Source: a virus
Taxonomy: Duplodnaviria; Heunggongvirae; Uroviricota; Caudoviricetes
Virus record (IMG/VR): IMGVR_UViG_2778261068_000001
Span: 1 to 12,751 of that record
Strand: one strand, 5' to 3'
DNA length: 12,751 bases
The position numbers were made by a program, and so were the translations under genes. The notes beneath the pieces are model-generated. The model did no database searches, was not told where the DNA came from, and worked only from the letters and a program-made list of their open reading frames with translations. This document shows, one piece after another, positions 1 through 9,552 of the stretch (positions within the stretch are counted from its first letter, which is position 1; every line of letters starts with the position of its first letter).

Positions 1-448
1 TCTCAGCATTTACTGCACTCTTTTCCGCCTGGCCGGCTGATATACCCGCATTCCTCGCTGACGTCTCTGCCTCTCCGGCATTCTTCTTCGCCTCCTCAGC
101 GTGACGCGCTGCCTCTTCCACCATCTGTTCAAAACGGCGCAGTGCCTCCGGCCGGGCATCCTCCTCCGTCATGGCACCGAGAAAATCATTCAGCGTACCC
201 GGCTGAGAATCTTCATACACGGTGATGGTCCCGGCATGTGACGGCGGGAATCCCTCCACCAACAGAATGACGCTGTACTGACCGTACTCAACGTCCATTG
301 TGTAACGCCCGGCTTCATCCGGGTTTTCTGAAGCCACCGTGTTCACCACCACCGTGATGCTGTTGCGCCTGGCTTTCAGCTGAATGGTGCAGTTCTGTAT
401 TGGTTTTCCCGCACCATCTTTCAGTACACCTGAAATCTGTACTGCCAT
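1..448 (-). CDS. stf: Side tail fibre protein, N-terminal 149 codons only (gene continues past the window edge)
   Basis: Hand translation from the ATG at 448-446 gives MAVQISGVLKDGAGKPIQNCTIQLKARRNSITVVVNTVASENPDEAGRYTMDVEYGQYSVILLVEGFPPSHAGTITVYEDSQPGTLNDFL..., which matches my recollection of the conserved N-terminus of lambda Stf (MAVKISGVLKDGTGKP...). GGAG lies 5 nt upstream of the ATG (plus-strand CTCC at 454-457). No stop codon before position 1. Not in the ORF track because it is truncated. Confidence 0.85.
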   Translation of the reverse strand, partial: MAVQISGVLKDGAGKPIQNCTIQLKARRNSITVVVNTVASENPDEAGRYTMDVEYGQYSVILLVEGFPPSHAGTITVYEDSQPGTLNDFLGAMTEEDARPEALRRFEQMVEEAARHAEEAKKNAGEAETSARNAGISAGQAEKSAVNAE

Positions 449-463
449 ACTCACTCCACAAAT

Positions 464-487
464 AAAAAAGGCGCCATTTCTGGCGCC
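464..487 (-). terminator. Intrinsic terminator-like hairpin between J and stf
   Basis: Plus strand AAAAAA(464-469) GGCGCC(470-475) ATTTCT GGCGCC(482-487). On the minus strand this reads GGCGCC-AGAAAT-GGCGCC followed by TTTTTTATTT, beginning 23 nt after the J stop codon (510-512). Confidence 0.6.
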
Positions 488-509
488 CGTTATTAGGGTT
501 ATAAATATT

Positions 510-3500
510 TCAACGGATACTGATGCCGGAAGCCGCTTTTTTGGTCACAATCACCGTACAGTCGGTGATATTGCCTGCCCCCTGATTGCCTTTCTGGAAA
601 ATCTTAAACTCCAGAGTGACGCTTCCCCTGCCACCCGGCATATCAATAACCGCACTGTAACTACCGGGAATGGCCCCTTTAGTTTCTCTGGATGCGATTA
701 ATACGCCGTTTTTGCGAACTTCAAATCCATAACCCGTGTACCTTGTACCTCCCGGGTTATTACCACTTCCCGGATCGGTATACGCTATACCGTTAAAGAT
801 AATGGGCGGGATAATAATCTGACGGTCAAAGTTATGATCATCGCTGATGGTGACGGTAACCGTCCCGTCTGGCGTTTCCGTGTTACCCCACGTACCGACT
901 TTTTTCGGGAAGGCTTTTGATACAGCTTTAACGAAATCCCCTCTGACCTGGGTCGCCTCCAGCATGCCCTTAATCGTACAGTTCTCACTTATCGTGACAT
1001 TGTTGAGCGTTCCTGAGTTCGCATTCACGTTACCGCTGATATCAGCGTTTTTCGCCGTCAGCCGCCCGTCCGGTGTCAGGGAAAATGCCGGAGGATTGCC
1101 GCCGCTGGTGATGGTCGGGGCCGTCAGGCGTTTCAGGAACACGTCGTTCATGAATATCTGATCGCCCTGACCAACAAACATTGGTCGTGTGTTGCCATTA
1201 GACGGATCAATAAACGCGATACGGTTAGCGGCAACCAGAAACTGGCTCAGTTTGCCTTCCTCTGTATCCTCCATGCTGAGGCCAATACCCGCGACATAAT
1301 GCTTACCGTCTTTGGTCTGCTCAATTTTGACGCCCCACATGGCGTTCCATTTATCGTTAGCGTCCTTCCACTCTTTCGAAAACTCCTCCAGTCTGCTGGC
1401 GTTATCTTCCGTCAGCTCGACTTTTTCCAGCAGCTCCTTGCCGAGATGGGATTCGGTTATCTGGCCTTTGAAAAAATCCAGGTAACCTTCCGCATCATCG
1501 CTCGCCTGACCGACAGCCTCCACGAATGCCGATTTGCCAACGGTGTTCACGCTGCGGATATAAAAGTAATAATCATGGCCCGGTTTGATATTGCTACTGC
1601 CGGCTATCCAGTACAGCGCCGTACCAAGATAACGCGCGCTGGTTTCAACCTGCCTGATATCGGCAATCCGCTTTTCCGAGAACCAGAACTCAAACTGCAC
1701 CGTCGGGTCATATACAGCCAGTTTCGGGACCGCCGTTATCTGAAAATACCCCGGTATCAGTTCAATAGTGACAGGCGCTGCAGGTGCGGCAATCCTGAAC
1801 GATACCGACGCCGGGTCGCCCTGCTGTCCCCACGCATTTACCGCCCGGACTGTCAGCCTGTAGTTCCCTGGCGCCAGTTGCCTGAAGCGGTATGTGGTTT
1901 CCGTCGTCCGGGCCGTGCTGACCAGCCGCTCACTGCCGTCGTCTGCTGCCACAGTCAGGCGAAGCATAAAGCTCACCCCCTTCACCACCTTCGGCGTGTC
2001 CCAGCGGGCCAGCACCTGATACTCCCCGCTGTCTGCCGAGACTTCGGCGGTCAGGTGCTGCACTGCTGGCGGCGTGACACCATTCACCGTGCCGCTCTGG
2101 TCGCCGTCAAAGTGCGCCCCGTTATCCACGATGGCCTCTTTCTCCGGCACATGCTGCACGGCGGTGATGGCATACGTGCCGTCGTCGTTCTCACGGATAC
2201 TCACGCAGCGGAACAGGCGCTGGCGCAGCGTCGGCAGCTTCAGCCCCCACACGCTGTATCCGGCAACGCCGTCAGGGATACGGTTCACTTTCACCTGCAC
2301 GCCGTCGGTGACGGACTGGACCTCCACGCTGACCGGATTGCCACTTCCGTCAACCAGGCTTATCAGCGTGGTACCGGAGGATGGCAGCGTGATTTCACGG
2401 TCGAGCGTCAGCGTCCGGGTCTGGCTGTTCACCGCCAGTACGCGCCCGCCGGTGCTGATACCGGCATAGTCATCATCGCAGATTTCAATAACATCACCCG
2501 GCACATGGCGAAGCCCTTCTGCACCCACGCTGAAGTCCACGGTCTGCGTTTCCAGCAGTTCCGTTTTAATCAGCCACAGCCCGGCTCGGTGTGCCTGCCC
2601 CCGGCTGGTACAGCCAAAGGCATCCATCTTCGTGACGTTACGACCGTAACGGGCAATGGCCTGCGTGTCCTCCACAAGCTCTGTTGCCGTCTCCCAGCCG
2701 TTGTTCGGGTCAATCCAGTTCACCTCAACGGCATTATGGCGGTCCTTCAGGGCGCTGAAGCTGTAGCGGAACGGCGCGCCATCATCCGGCATCACCACAT
2801 TACTGCGGTTATAGGTCCACACCTTATCCGACGGCCGGTCCTGCACGAACGTCAGCGTCTGCCCGTTCCATACCGGCATACAGCGCATCGCCGAGCAGAA
2901 ATCACTGAGCACATCCCACGCCTTACGTTGTGTGGTCAGGTAAGCGTTACAGGTGATGCGCGGCTCCGTACCGCCAGAGCCGTCCGGCACCGACTGGTCG
3001 CAATTCTGGCCGATGACATACAGCGCCCATTTGTCCACATCCGCCGCACCGAGACGTTTCCCCATGCCGTAGCGCGGGTGGGTCAGCATATCCCACAGAC
3101 ACCATGCCATGTTGTTGCTGTATGCCGGTTTAAACGTCCCGTCCCAGATACCGCTGTATTGCCGCGTCTGCGGGTTATAATTCGACGGCACCTGCAGAAT
3201 ACGCCCGCGAAGATGATAATTACGGCTCACCTGCTGGCTGCCGAACTGCTCCGAATCCACCTGCACGCCGACCAGTGCCGTGTTCGGGTAGCACTGTTTC
3301 ACATCGATGATTTCGGTGTATGACGACCAGAGCGTTTTGTTCTGCAGCTGGTCTGTGGTGCTGTCCGGCGTCATCCTGCGCATCCGGATATTGAACGGTC
3401 GCGGCGGCAGGTTATCCACCACCACCGAGGCCAGATACTGCGAGGTGGTTTTGCCCTTAATGGTGATGTCTTTTTCCGTCACCCAGCCACCATTACGTTG

Positions 3501-3923
3501 TATCTGAACCAGCAGGCGAACTTCCGACGGATTCCGGTCCCCCTTTGAAGTGGTTTCCACCAGTGCCTGCACACCGAAGGTCAGGCGCAGACGGTCGATG
3601 TTTGCCGACGTGATGGTCCGGGTGAGCGGATTGTCATATTTTAATTCTGCACCGATAACGGTTTCTGAACCGGAGGATTCAAATCCCTCCGGAGGTGTCT
3701 GCTCCTGCTCACCTGCCCGGAACACCACCGTGACACCGGAGATATTGGTATTCCCCTCACTGTCCAGCACCGGCGTACTGTTCAGCAGCACACTTTTTAA
3801 TCCGTCCACCGGACCTTCAATCGGCCCTTCACTGATGGCGTCTATCACGCTCAGCAGCTGGGATGATTTCAGGTTGTCCTTCGCTTCGCGCGGGGTATGC
3901 CCCTTACTGCTGCCTTTACCCAT
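510..3923 (-). CDS. J: Central tail fibre / host specificity protein J (1137 aa)
   Basis: N-terminus [20 protein letters not shown]... and most of the length match lambda gpJ (about 1130 aa) from memory. Correct position at the end of the M-L-K-I-J tail tip block. The last ~150 aa diverge from lambda. GAGGA sits directly against the ATG. Confidence 0.95.
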   Translation of the reverse strand: MGKGSSKGHTPREAKDNLKSSQLLSVIDAISEGPIEGPVDGLKSVLLNSTPVLDSEGNTNISGVTVVFRAGEQEQTPPEGFESSGSETVIGAELKYDNPLTRTITSANIDRLRLTFGVQALVETTSKGDRNPSEVRLLVQIQRNGGWVTEKDITIKGKTTSQYLASVVVDNLPPRPFNIRMRRMTPDSTTDQLQNKTLWSSYTEIIDVKQCYPNTALVGVQVDSEQFGSQQVSRNYHLRGRILQVPSNYNPQTRQYSGIWDGTFKPAYSNNMAWCLWDMLTHPRYGMGKRLGAADVDKWALYVIGQNCDQSVPDGSGGTEPRITCNAYLTTQRKAWDVLSDFCSAMRCMPVWNGQTLTFVQDRPSDKVWTYNRSNVVMPDDGAPFRYSFSALKDRHNAVEVNWIDPNNGWETATELVEDTQAIARYGRNVTKMDAFGCTSRGQAHRAGLWLIKTELLETQTVDFSVGAEGLRHVPGDVIEICDDDYAGISTGGRVLAVNSQTRTLTLDREITLPSSGTTLISLVDGSGNPVSVEVQSVTDGVQVKVNRIPDGVAGYSVWGLKLPTLRQRLFRCVSIRENDDGTYAITAVQHVPEKEAIVDNGAHFDGDQSGTVNGVTPPAVQHLTAEVSADSGEYQVLARWDTPKVVKGVSFMLRLTVAADDGSERLVSTARTTETTYRFRQLAPGNYRLTVRAVNAWGQQGDPASVSFRIAAPAAPVTIELIPGYFQITAVPKLAVYDPTVQFEFWFSEKRIADIRQVETSARYLGTALYWIAGSSNIKPGHDYYFYIRSVNTVGKSAFVEAVGQASDDAEGYLDFFKGQITESHLGKELLEKVELTEDNASRLEEFSKEWKDANDKWNAMWGVKIEQTKDGKHYVAGIGLSMEDTEEGKLSQFLVAANRIAFIDPSNGNTRPMFVGQGDQIFMNDVFLKRLTAPTITSGGNPPAFSLTPDGRLTAKNADISGNVNANSGTLNNVTISENCTIKGMLEATQVRGDFVKAVSKAFPKKVGTWGNTETPDGTVTVTISDDHNFDRQIIIPPIIFNGIAYTDPGSGNNPGGTRYTGYGFEVRKNGVLIASRETKGAIPGSYSAVIDMPGGRGSVTLEFKIFQKGNQGAGNITDCTVIVTKKAASGISIR

Positions 3924-3937
3924 TCCTCACGCTCCAG

Positions 3938-3964
3938 AAACGACAAAACCGCCCTGAGGCGGTT
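3938..3964 (-). terminator. Terminator-like hairpin between I and J
   Basis: Minus strand AACCGCC-TCAG-GGCGGTT (plus 3947-3964) followed by TTTTGTCGTTTC. Lies between the I stop (3984-3986) and the J start (3923). Confidence 0.45.
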
Positions 3965-3983
3965 TCACACAAAACATTTTGCA

Positions 3984-4631
3984 TCAGCGACCAATCACCA
4001 CAACCTGACCACCGTCCCCCTCGTCTGCCGTGCTGATCTCCTGAGAGACAACACGTGACCCCACGCGCATTTCACCGTACAGAACAGGCAGAACATTGCC
4101 CTGGGCAACCATATTGTCCAGTGACGAGAAATATGTGTTCTGCTTACCGTTATCCGTTGTTTGTGTGCGGGGAGTTCTGGGTTTAGGGGCCAGCATCTGC
4201 GCCACACCACCCAGGATCATACTGGCCCCTGCCGCATACATGCCCGATAAAGCCGCGGCACCCAACCAACCTGCGGGGTTCCACCATGCCACCGCAATCA
4301 GCGCCGCCCCCAGCACGGCCTGAAAAAGACCGCCACTTTTGGCTCCCGCCAGACGCGGCACAATGTGGATTACGGCACCATTTGCCAGCGGTTCATTAAG
4401 ACGGGCTGATAATTCAGTTTCACCTGTATCACGCCCGGCAATGCGTACCTGATACCAGCCGTCGCTCAGTTTCTGACGAAACGCCGGAAGCTGTGTGGTC
4501 AGCGCCCGGATGGCTTCAGCCCCCGTTTTCACACGAAGGTCGATGCGGCGGCCAAATCGTTGTAAATCCCCGTAAAGGCAGATGCGTGCCATGCCCGGTG
4601 ACGCCAGAAGGAGTGTGTGCGTCGCTGCCAT
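3984..4631 (-). CDS. I: Tail tip assembly protein I (215 aa)
   Basis: MAATHTLLLASPGMARICLYGDLQRFGRRIDLRVKTGAEAIRAL... and the C-terminus ...QTTDNGKQNTYFSSLDNMVAQGNVLPVLYGEMRVGSRVVSQEISTADEGDGGQVVVIGR match lambda gpI from memory. Overlaps the 3' end of K by 103 nt, as in lambda. Confidence 0.9.
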   Translation of the reverse strand: MAATHTLLLASPGMARICLYGDLQRFGRRIDLRVKTGAEAIRALTTQLPAFRQKLSDGWYQVRIAGRDTGETELSARLNEPLANGAVIHIVPRLAGAKSGGLFQAVLGAALIAVAWWNPAGWLGAAALSGMYAAGASMILGGVAQMLAPKPRTPRTQTTDNGKQNTYFSSLDNMVAQGNVLPVLYGEMRVGSRVVSQEISTADEGDGGQVVVIGR

Positions 4632-5272
4632 TTGTCGGTATACCTCTCTCGTTTGCTCAGTTGTTCAGGAATATGGTGCAGCAGCTCGCCGTCACCACAG
4701 TAAATGGCGGCATGATTCGGCACAGATGAACCAAAACAGCACAGCAGCACATCGCCCGGCTGCACCGCTGACAACGGTACCTGATACAGCCCTGTGGCCT
4801 CCAGATTATCCAGATAGAGATTCTGACCGTTACGCCACCAGTCATCCCCGCGGTGAAAATCCGGCATCTCAATTCCCGCCAGATGGTAAGCGTCCCGGAA
4901 CAGCGTGTAACAGTCCGTCACCCCGTGTTCAAAGCGCCGCCCGGTAAGATGTGGCACACAGCGGAACTTGTGAATCTCACCCCGGCAGACCAGCCACCAC
5001 GGCAAATCACTCTGCACCTGCAGCCGCCGGTCAGCCTCACTCAGCCAGGGCAGACCACCGGGGTGGCTGTGGACCAGCGCCACAATCTCACCCTGCATTT
5101 CTGCCTGCAGCCAGTCCTCCGGCGACAGCCTGAAATAATCCTCCGGCTCACCGGAGATATTCACGCAGGGAAAATATCTTTCCCCCTCCGGTGTTCTTAC
5201 CACGAAGCCGCACGACTCCGCTGGCGCACATCGCCGGGCGTGCGCCAGAATCGCTGATTCTGTTTCTGTCAT
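4529..5272 (-). CDS. K: Tail tip assembly protein K (247 aa) with MPN/JAMM and NlpC/P60 motifs
   Basis: Start taken at the ATG at 5272-5270 (MTETESAILAHARRCAPAESCGFVV...), 2 nt after the L stop codon. JAMM motif HxHx7Sx2D is present as HSHPGGLPWLSEAD. The C-terminal half carries a Cys (GVTDCYTLF) and a His (VPNHAAIY) consistent with an NlpC/P60 fold. The ORF track's extension to 5347 overlaps L and has no support. Confidence 0.85.
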   Translation of the reverse strand: MTETESAILAHARRCAPAESCGFVVRTPEGERYFPCVNISGEPEDYFRLSPEDWLQAEMQGEIVALVHSHPGGLPWLSEADRRLQVQSDLPWWLVCRGEIHKFRCVPHLTGRRFEHGVTDCYTLFRDAYHLAGIEMPDFHRGDDWWRNGQNLYLDNLEATGLYQVPLSAVQPGDVLLCCFGSSVPNHAAIYCGDGELLHHIPEQLSKRERYTDKWQRRTHSFWRHRAWHASAFTGIYNDLAAASTFV

Positions 5273-5276
5273 GGGT

Positions 5277-5975
5277 TTACTGCGAAAGTTTGTTGATGGA
5301 AAGGTAGCCGCCAAAGTTACCGAGGTTATTGCGAAACTTACAGCCACTCAGGCATTTGCTGCATTTATCCTTCGTGATATCGGACGTCGGCTGGTCATAT
5401 TCATCCGCGACAGCCGGACCGTTATAACCGCACTCATCACCGCGATAGGTCCAGGTGCAGGTGTTGGCCAGCATGATACGTCCCGGAAAAACAGCGCCAT
5501 CCGTTTCCGTCGGCGTGGACAGTACAAAGGAGGCACTCACCGCGCTCAGTTCGCTGCACTGCTCGATGCGCCAGCGGCTGATCACCTCCTGCTCCGGGTC
5601 TGCCTCGATGTTTCCGTTGACGAAGTTCACCGCATCCAGAAAACGGGCGTAAACCTTACGCCGAACCACCGTTCCGCCGACCAGACTCTGCATATCTTCC
5701 ACCATCCCGGTGACCATGCCGTGCAGATTAGAGACTTTCAGAGTTGGCCTGGCGCTGGCTCCTTTACCGTTCATCTCAAATCCGCTCCCCTGAATGGGGT
5801 ACGCCTGATACTGTCGCCCCTGCCAGGTGACCGGCTCACCTTTTTCGTTCTGCTCATTACAGAAAAAATAACGCTCTCCGCCGACTTCTGTCAGATCGAC
5901 TTCCCAGAGCACGACCAGCGCGGATTGCTCCGCTTTTGTACACTCATTCAGTGTTTCCTGCTGTATATCCTGCAT
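5277..5975 (-). CDS. L: Tail tip protein L (232 aa)
   Basis: MQDIQQETLNECTKAEQSALVVLWEVDLTEVGGERYFFCNEQNEKGEPVTWQGRQYQAYPIQGSGFEMNGKG... matches lambda gpL in sequence and in length. Has the C-terminal cysteine cluster (C..C...CSKCLSGC). Its ATG overlaps the M stop codon (ATGA). Confidence 0.9.
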   Translation of the reverse strand: MQDIQQETLNECTKAEQSALVVLWEVDLTEVGGERYFFCNEQNEKGEPVTWQGRQYQAYPIQGSGFEMNGKGASARPTLKVSNLHGMVTGMVEDMQSLVGGTVVRRKVYARFLDAVNFVNGNIEADPEQEVISRWRIEQCSELSAVSASFVLSTPTETDGAVFPGRIMLANTCTWTYRGDECGYNGPAVADEYDQPTSDITKDKCSKCLSGCKFRNNLGNFGGYLSINKLSQ

Positions 5976-6316
5976 CAGTGAGTGACCTCTTCAAAGGTAC
6001 AGTTAAAATCGGTATACATGGCATTATCCGAAATACTCCACTCCCTGCAGACAACCCGGACGGTTCTGTTGTGTTTTGGCGGACGCCACAAAAAAGCACG
6101 TATCCCGGCATGACGGGATAAAAAACTGTCCAGCGCAGCACGGGAATATTCATCTGTGACACGAAACACCGGTTTAAACGTTTTCAGATCCGCATTCAGA
6201 CCACCAGCCCGTCGCTGTTCATATCCGTCACCGAACTTTACCGTAATAACAGATGGCTTTCGTGTCGTCTCCATCCCCTCGCGGGGGATCCAGTTAAAAA
6301 CTTCAGGCTCAGGCAC
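5975..6316 (-). CDS. M: Tail tip protein M (113 aa from a GTG start)
   Basis: FGDGYEQRRAGGLNADLKTF...FLWRPPKHNRTVRVVCREWS resembles lambda gpM. I prefer the GTG start at 6316-6314 because GGAGGA lies 8 nt upstream and the resulting length matches lambda M. The track's TTG start at 6373 overlaps H by 65 nt. The alternative ATG at 6274 would give 99 aa. Confidence 0.75.
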   Translation of the reverse strand: MPEPEVFNWIPREGMETTRKPSVITVKFGDGYEQRRAGGLNADLKTFKPVFRVTDEYSRAALDSFLSRHAGIRAFLWRPPKHNRTVRVVCREWSISDNAMYTDFNCTFEEVTH

Positions 6317-9300
6317 TGTATAATCCTCCGTCCCGACGTGATGACTGCATAATTGACACAACCCTGCTGTCAATCAGATCCGCCAGCCCCCTGGCTGACT
6401 GCGTATCTATCTCGCCATTGCTCCCTTTATTCTGAATACTGATGTGATACACAGGAGAATAGACAAATCCGCCGCCACCATTCACATTGCCAATGGCTCT
6501 GACCCCAAGAGAGCCGTCCGCTGCCCGCGTCAGTGGCATGATAGCTTCAGGCCCGGCCTCGCCCATCAGTCCGGCACCTTTCGCAAAAGCAAAATACGTC
6601 GGCGTATCCACAATGGTGTTACTGTAAGCACTCAGATTTGCCGATGTGTAAACACCACCTTTTGCGTTTGCCACTGCCCCCGAAATCCATCCGCCTACCG
6701 TACCAAACCACCCTCCGGCGCCGGAGAGTGATTTCAGTCCGTTAACAATGGCCGCATTCATCAGAATTTTTGAAACTTCCTGGAGAACTGAACTCCCCCA
6801 GTTCCTCCAGTCCACAACATTCCCGGCCAGTGCATCGGAAATATTTGATACCAGCCCGTCCATGGTGGAAACGACAGCATCTGCCGCCAGTGAAGCATAA
6901 TCGGTGGCGCTGTCTGCCCAGTTGGTCAGTCCCTCCTGGAGTCCGGCATTCCAGTTATTACGTAAAGCATCGGCCTTTGCATAATAATCCTGCTGATCGC
7001 TGAGACGCTCTTCCAGATATTTTTTATTCAGTTCTTTCTCCTGTTTCCACAGGGCTTCTTCAATTTCTCCGGTCTGATACTGCCTCAGGAGTTCGTTATT
7101 TTTCTGCTCAAATGCCTGCCGGATACTCCACATTTCCTGGAGTCGTTCACGCATCCGTGAGCCTTCACCATATCCCAGCAACTGCGCATCGTTAGACGCC
7201 CGGGCACTGGCATTACTGTCCGCCAGGCTGCTTTCATAAGCAGCAAGCTGCTCACGAATCTTTTTCTGGTCAATGAGTGCCGCATTCTGTAAAAGCGTTT
7301 TTTTCTGCGCTTCTGACAGAGTTGATAATTCGCCCTGACTGATCTGATACTTCATCCTGGCCAGTTCAGTATTCTGCCCTGCCAGTGCTATTTGTTCTTT
7401 TTGCTGTTTAATCAGCCGTTTATAAATATCTTCTGTTTTTTCCGCTTCGGTCTTTTTATGTGTTTTAGGTTTATTTGCCTGGTTATTTCGCCAGGCATCC
7501 AGTGAGTTATTGATATAATTCTGTCTGGCTGCCTGATACGCCTCTCCCACAAAGCCGAGATCATCCGCAGCATAACCCAGGCGGGCACGCTCACGGGCTT
7601 CCCCCTTCAGGCGGGACAGAGCCAGTTCACGCTCGCTATTATTCAGCGCAGTCTGCTGTTTATCATCCAGAATGGCCTGTGGCAGCCGTAATGGTACATT
7701 CACCAGCCCCTGACGCTGCTGAAGTAACTCATTACCAAGCCCGAGAAGACGATTAAACTCGGTATGCTGCCCATTCATGATCAACAGGGACTGATACGCT
7801 TTGTTTTGTTCTGCCGCCTGTTGACGGATTAACGCCACCCGTCGCTCCTCCAGCCCGGCAAGCACATCCTGAATGGATTGCGCTTTGCCCTGCATTTGAG
7901 TGAGGCGAGACTGTTCAACTGCCAGTTGATTTGTTGCTTCTGCAAGCCCTTCTGTGACAGTTTTTACCGACGTCATGTGGTTAATCATAAAACCGTTATC
8001 GGTTGTCCAGCCCGGGTTTGCCAGCACATACTGATAGCCAGCAATTTTTTCCTGTAAGGATTTAATCTTACTTTTCTGCTCGTCAATTAACCTGTTCTGC
8101 TCCTTCAGTGCCTGCCGCGTCTTTTCTTCATTATCTGACGTTTCAGGAAGCGACATTGCCGACGTTTTCTGGCGAATTTCGTCGATTGTTGCGGCATACT
8201 GGCGTGCAGATTCTCTGGCCTGCTCCTGATTCTGATACATCGTGTACCAGGCCGTCGCTCCCAGCATGACGAGCCCCGGCACACCACCAACCAGCCCCAG
8301 CGCACCACTTAACAGACGACTCCCCACTGACGTGACAGTATTCAGTGTTGTCTGTGCTGCTGTTCTGGCCGCAATATTACGGGTAAGTGACGCCTGGGCA
8401 ACTGTCAGCTTCGCTTCTGCGGCTGCCTGCCTTTCGGTACCGCGAGCAGCAACAACCGCCTGTTGCGCACGATAAACCGCCGCACGCGCCCTGGCGGTTG
8501 CTATCTGTGTCCCCCGAAGTTGCGCTTCCGCAAGAGCCACTTCGTTTCTGGCTGCAGTAATTAATCCGGCAGTTGCAGATCCTGCAGAAGACGCCATATT
8601 GCCAAAATATCGGGCTACCCCGACGGCAACCAGAGCACCGGCAGCGGTTGCCACGGTGTCAATATTGCCTGCAATACCATTCAGCACACCGGAGAGCGTC
8701 TTCGTCACTCCGCTTGCCTCGTTCGCACCACCAACCCAGGCCATAAAGGCGTTTTCAACTTTGGTTGCAGAGGATGAAACCGTATCAGGCATTGCCGCAT
8801 ATTCATCACGTAATGCCCCAAGCTGACTAATCAGTGCAGGAACAACCTTATCGGCGGTCAGTTTTCCGTTATCCGCCATGGCCTTCAGATCCTTACGGGC
8901 AACACCCATTCCCGCAGCCAGCGCACGAATAACACGATCGCCGTTCTCATTCACCGAGTTAAACTCTTCACCGCGCAGCACTCCCTGCGCCAGTGCCTGA
9001 CTGAACTGCGTGATCACCGAACTGGCTTCTGCTGTACTGGCACCGGATAATTTCAGCCCCGTGGAGATCGCCTCGGTGACTTTCAGTACCTCCTCAGAAC
9101 TGTAACCATACTCCCGCATGGAAGCTGCAGAGCGGGCAAAAAGGCTGGCGTTATCAGAAAACGCCGTTCCCGTTCTCTGGCTGATTGCCATTAATTCACG
9201 TTGTGATACCTGAAAATCATCACTGGACTTTGAAGCCTGCTTCAGACGGGCATTTACTGAATTCCACTCATCGGCGAGAGAAATAAGATGACCGGTAGCA

Positions 9301-9542
9301 AAAGCTCCGGCAAATGCCCCCGCCATATTCAGTGCCGAAGATTTAGCTGTATTTATCTGATCCGTCACTTCTGCCAGTGCACGCCGCATTTCACGGGATG
9401 CAGCAGCGGACTGCCGGCCTCCGTTCTGCATGGTACGGTAGTAATCCTGCCCCATACGCGAAGCCCGGGAGATCTCTGACTGGAATGACCGGGAATTTGC
9501 CGAGATTTTAATAATCAGTTCACGTAATGTCGCCACACTCAT
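6309..9542 (-). CDS. H: Tail tape measure protein, gpH-like (1077 aa)
   Basis: Correct position between G-T and M. The C-terminus (...YSNTIVDTPTYFAFAKGAGLMGEAGPEAIMPLTRAADGS...) resembles lambda gpH. Has a long Ala/Gln/Glu/Lys-rich coiled-coil middle and a Gly-rich hydrophobic segment (LLSGALGLVGGVPGLVMLGATAWY). The only in-frame start is the ATG at 9542, because an in-frame stop lies 11 codons upstream. Confidence 0.9.
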   Translation of the reverse strand: MSVATLRELIIKISANSRSFQSEISRASRMGQDYYRTMQNGGRQSAAASREMRRALAEVTDQINTAKSSALNMAGAFAGAFATGHLISLADEWNSVNARLKQASKSSDDFQVSQRELMAISQRTGTAFSDNASLFARSAASMREYGYSSEEVLKVTEAISTGLKLSGASTAEASSVITQFSQALAQGVLRGEEFNSVNENGDRVIRALAAGMGVARKDLKAMADNGKLTADKVVPALISQLGALRDEYAAMPDTVSSSATKVENAFMAWVGGANEASGVTKTLSGVLNGIAGNIDTVATAAGALVAVGVARYFGNMASSAGSATAGLITAARNEVALAEAQLRGTQIATARARAAVYRAQQAVVAARGTERQAAAEAKLTVAQASLTRNIAARTAAQTTLNTVTSVGSRLLSGALGLVGGVPGLVMLGATAWYTMYQNQEQARESARQYAATIDEIRQKTSAMSLPETSDNEEKTRQALKEQNRLIDEQKSKIKSLQEKIAGYQYVLANPGWTTDNGFMINHMTSVKTVTEGLAEATNQLAVEQSRLTQMQGKAQSIQDVLAGLEERRVALIRQQAAEQNKAYQSLLIMNGQHTEFNRLLGLGNELLQQRQGLVNVPLRLPQAILDDKQQTALNNSERELALSRLKGEARERARLGYAADDLGFVGEAYQAARQNYINNSLDAWRNNQANKPKTHKKTEAEKTEDIYKRLIKQQKEQIALAGQNTELARMKYQISQGELSTLSEAQKKTLLQNAALIDQKKIREQLAAYESSLADSNASARASNDAQLLGYGEGSRMRERLQEMWSIRQAFEQKNNELLRQYQTGEIEEALWKQEKELNKKYLEERLSDQQDYYAKADALRNNWNAGLQEGLTNWADSATDYASLAADAVVSTMDGLVSNISDALAGNVVDWRNWGSSVLQEVSKILMNAAIVNGLKSLSGAGGWFGTVGGWISGAVANAKGGVYTSANLSAYSNTIVDTPTYFAFAKGAGLMGEAGPEAIMPLTRAADGSLGVRAIGNVNGGGGFVYSPVYHISIQNKGSNGEIDTQSARGLADLIDSRVVSIMQSSRRDGGLYSA

Positions 9543-9552
9543 TCTCCGGACG

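Noticed and set aside
384-701. A 105-aa ORF on the plus strand across the J/stf junction
   Set aside because: It runs antisense through the stf start, the terminator hairpin and the J 3' end. It is explained by the real minus-strand genes.
1299-3323. A 674-aa ORF on the plus strand
   Set aside because: It lies entirely antisense to J, is rich in Arg, His, Pro and Ala as expected from reading GC-rich coding DNA backwards, and has no start context. J on the other strand is clearly the real gene.
5273-5347. The N-terminal extension of K in the ORF track (272 aa)
   Set aside because: It overlaps the 3' end of L. The K-like sequence begins at the internal ATG at 5272.
6201-6208. A Chi octamer (GCTGGTGG) on the minus strand
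   Set aside because: A single occurrence of an 8-mer in 12.7 kb is expected by chance about 0.4 times, so there is no evidence of enrichment.
6317-6373. The TTG-initiated extension of M in the ORF track (132 aa)
   Set aside because: It overlaps H by 65 nt. A GTG at 6316 with a strong GGAGGA 8 nt upstream gives a lambda-M-sized protein.
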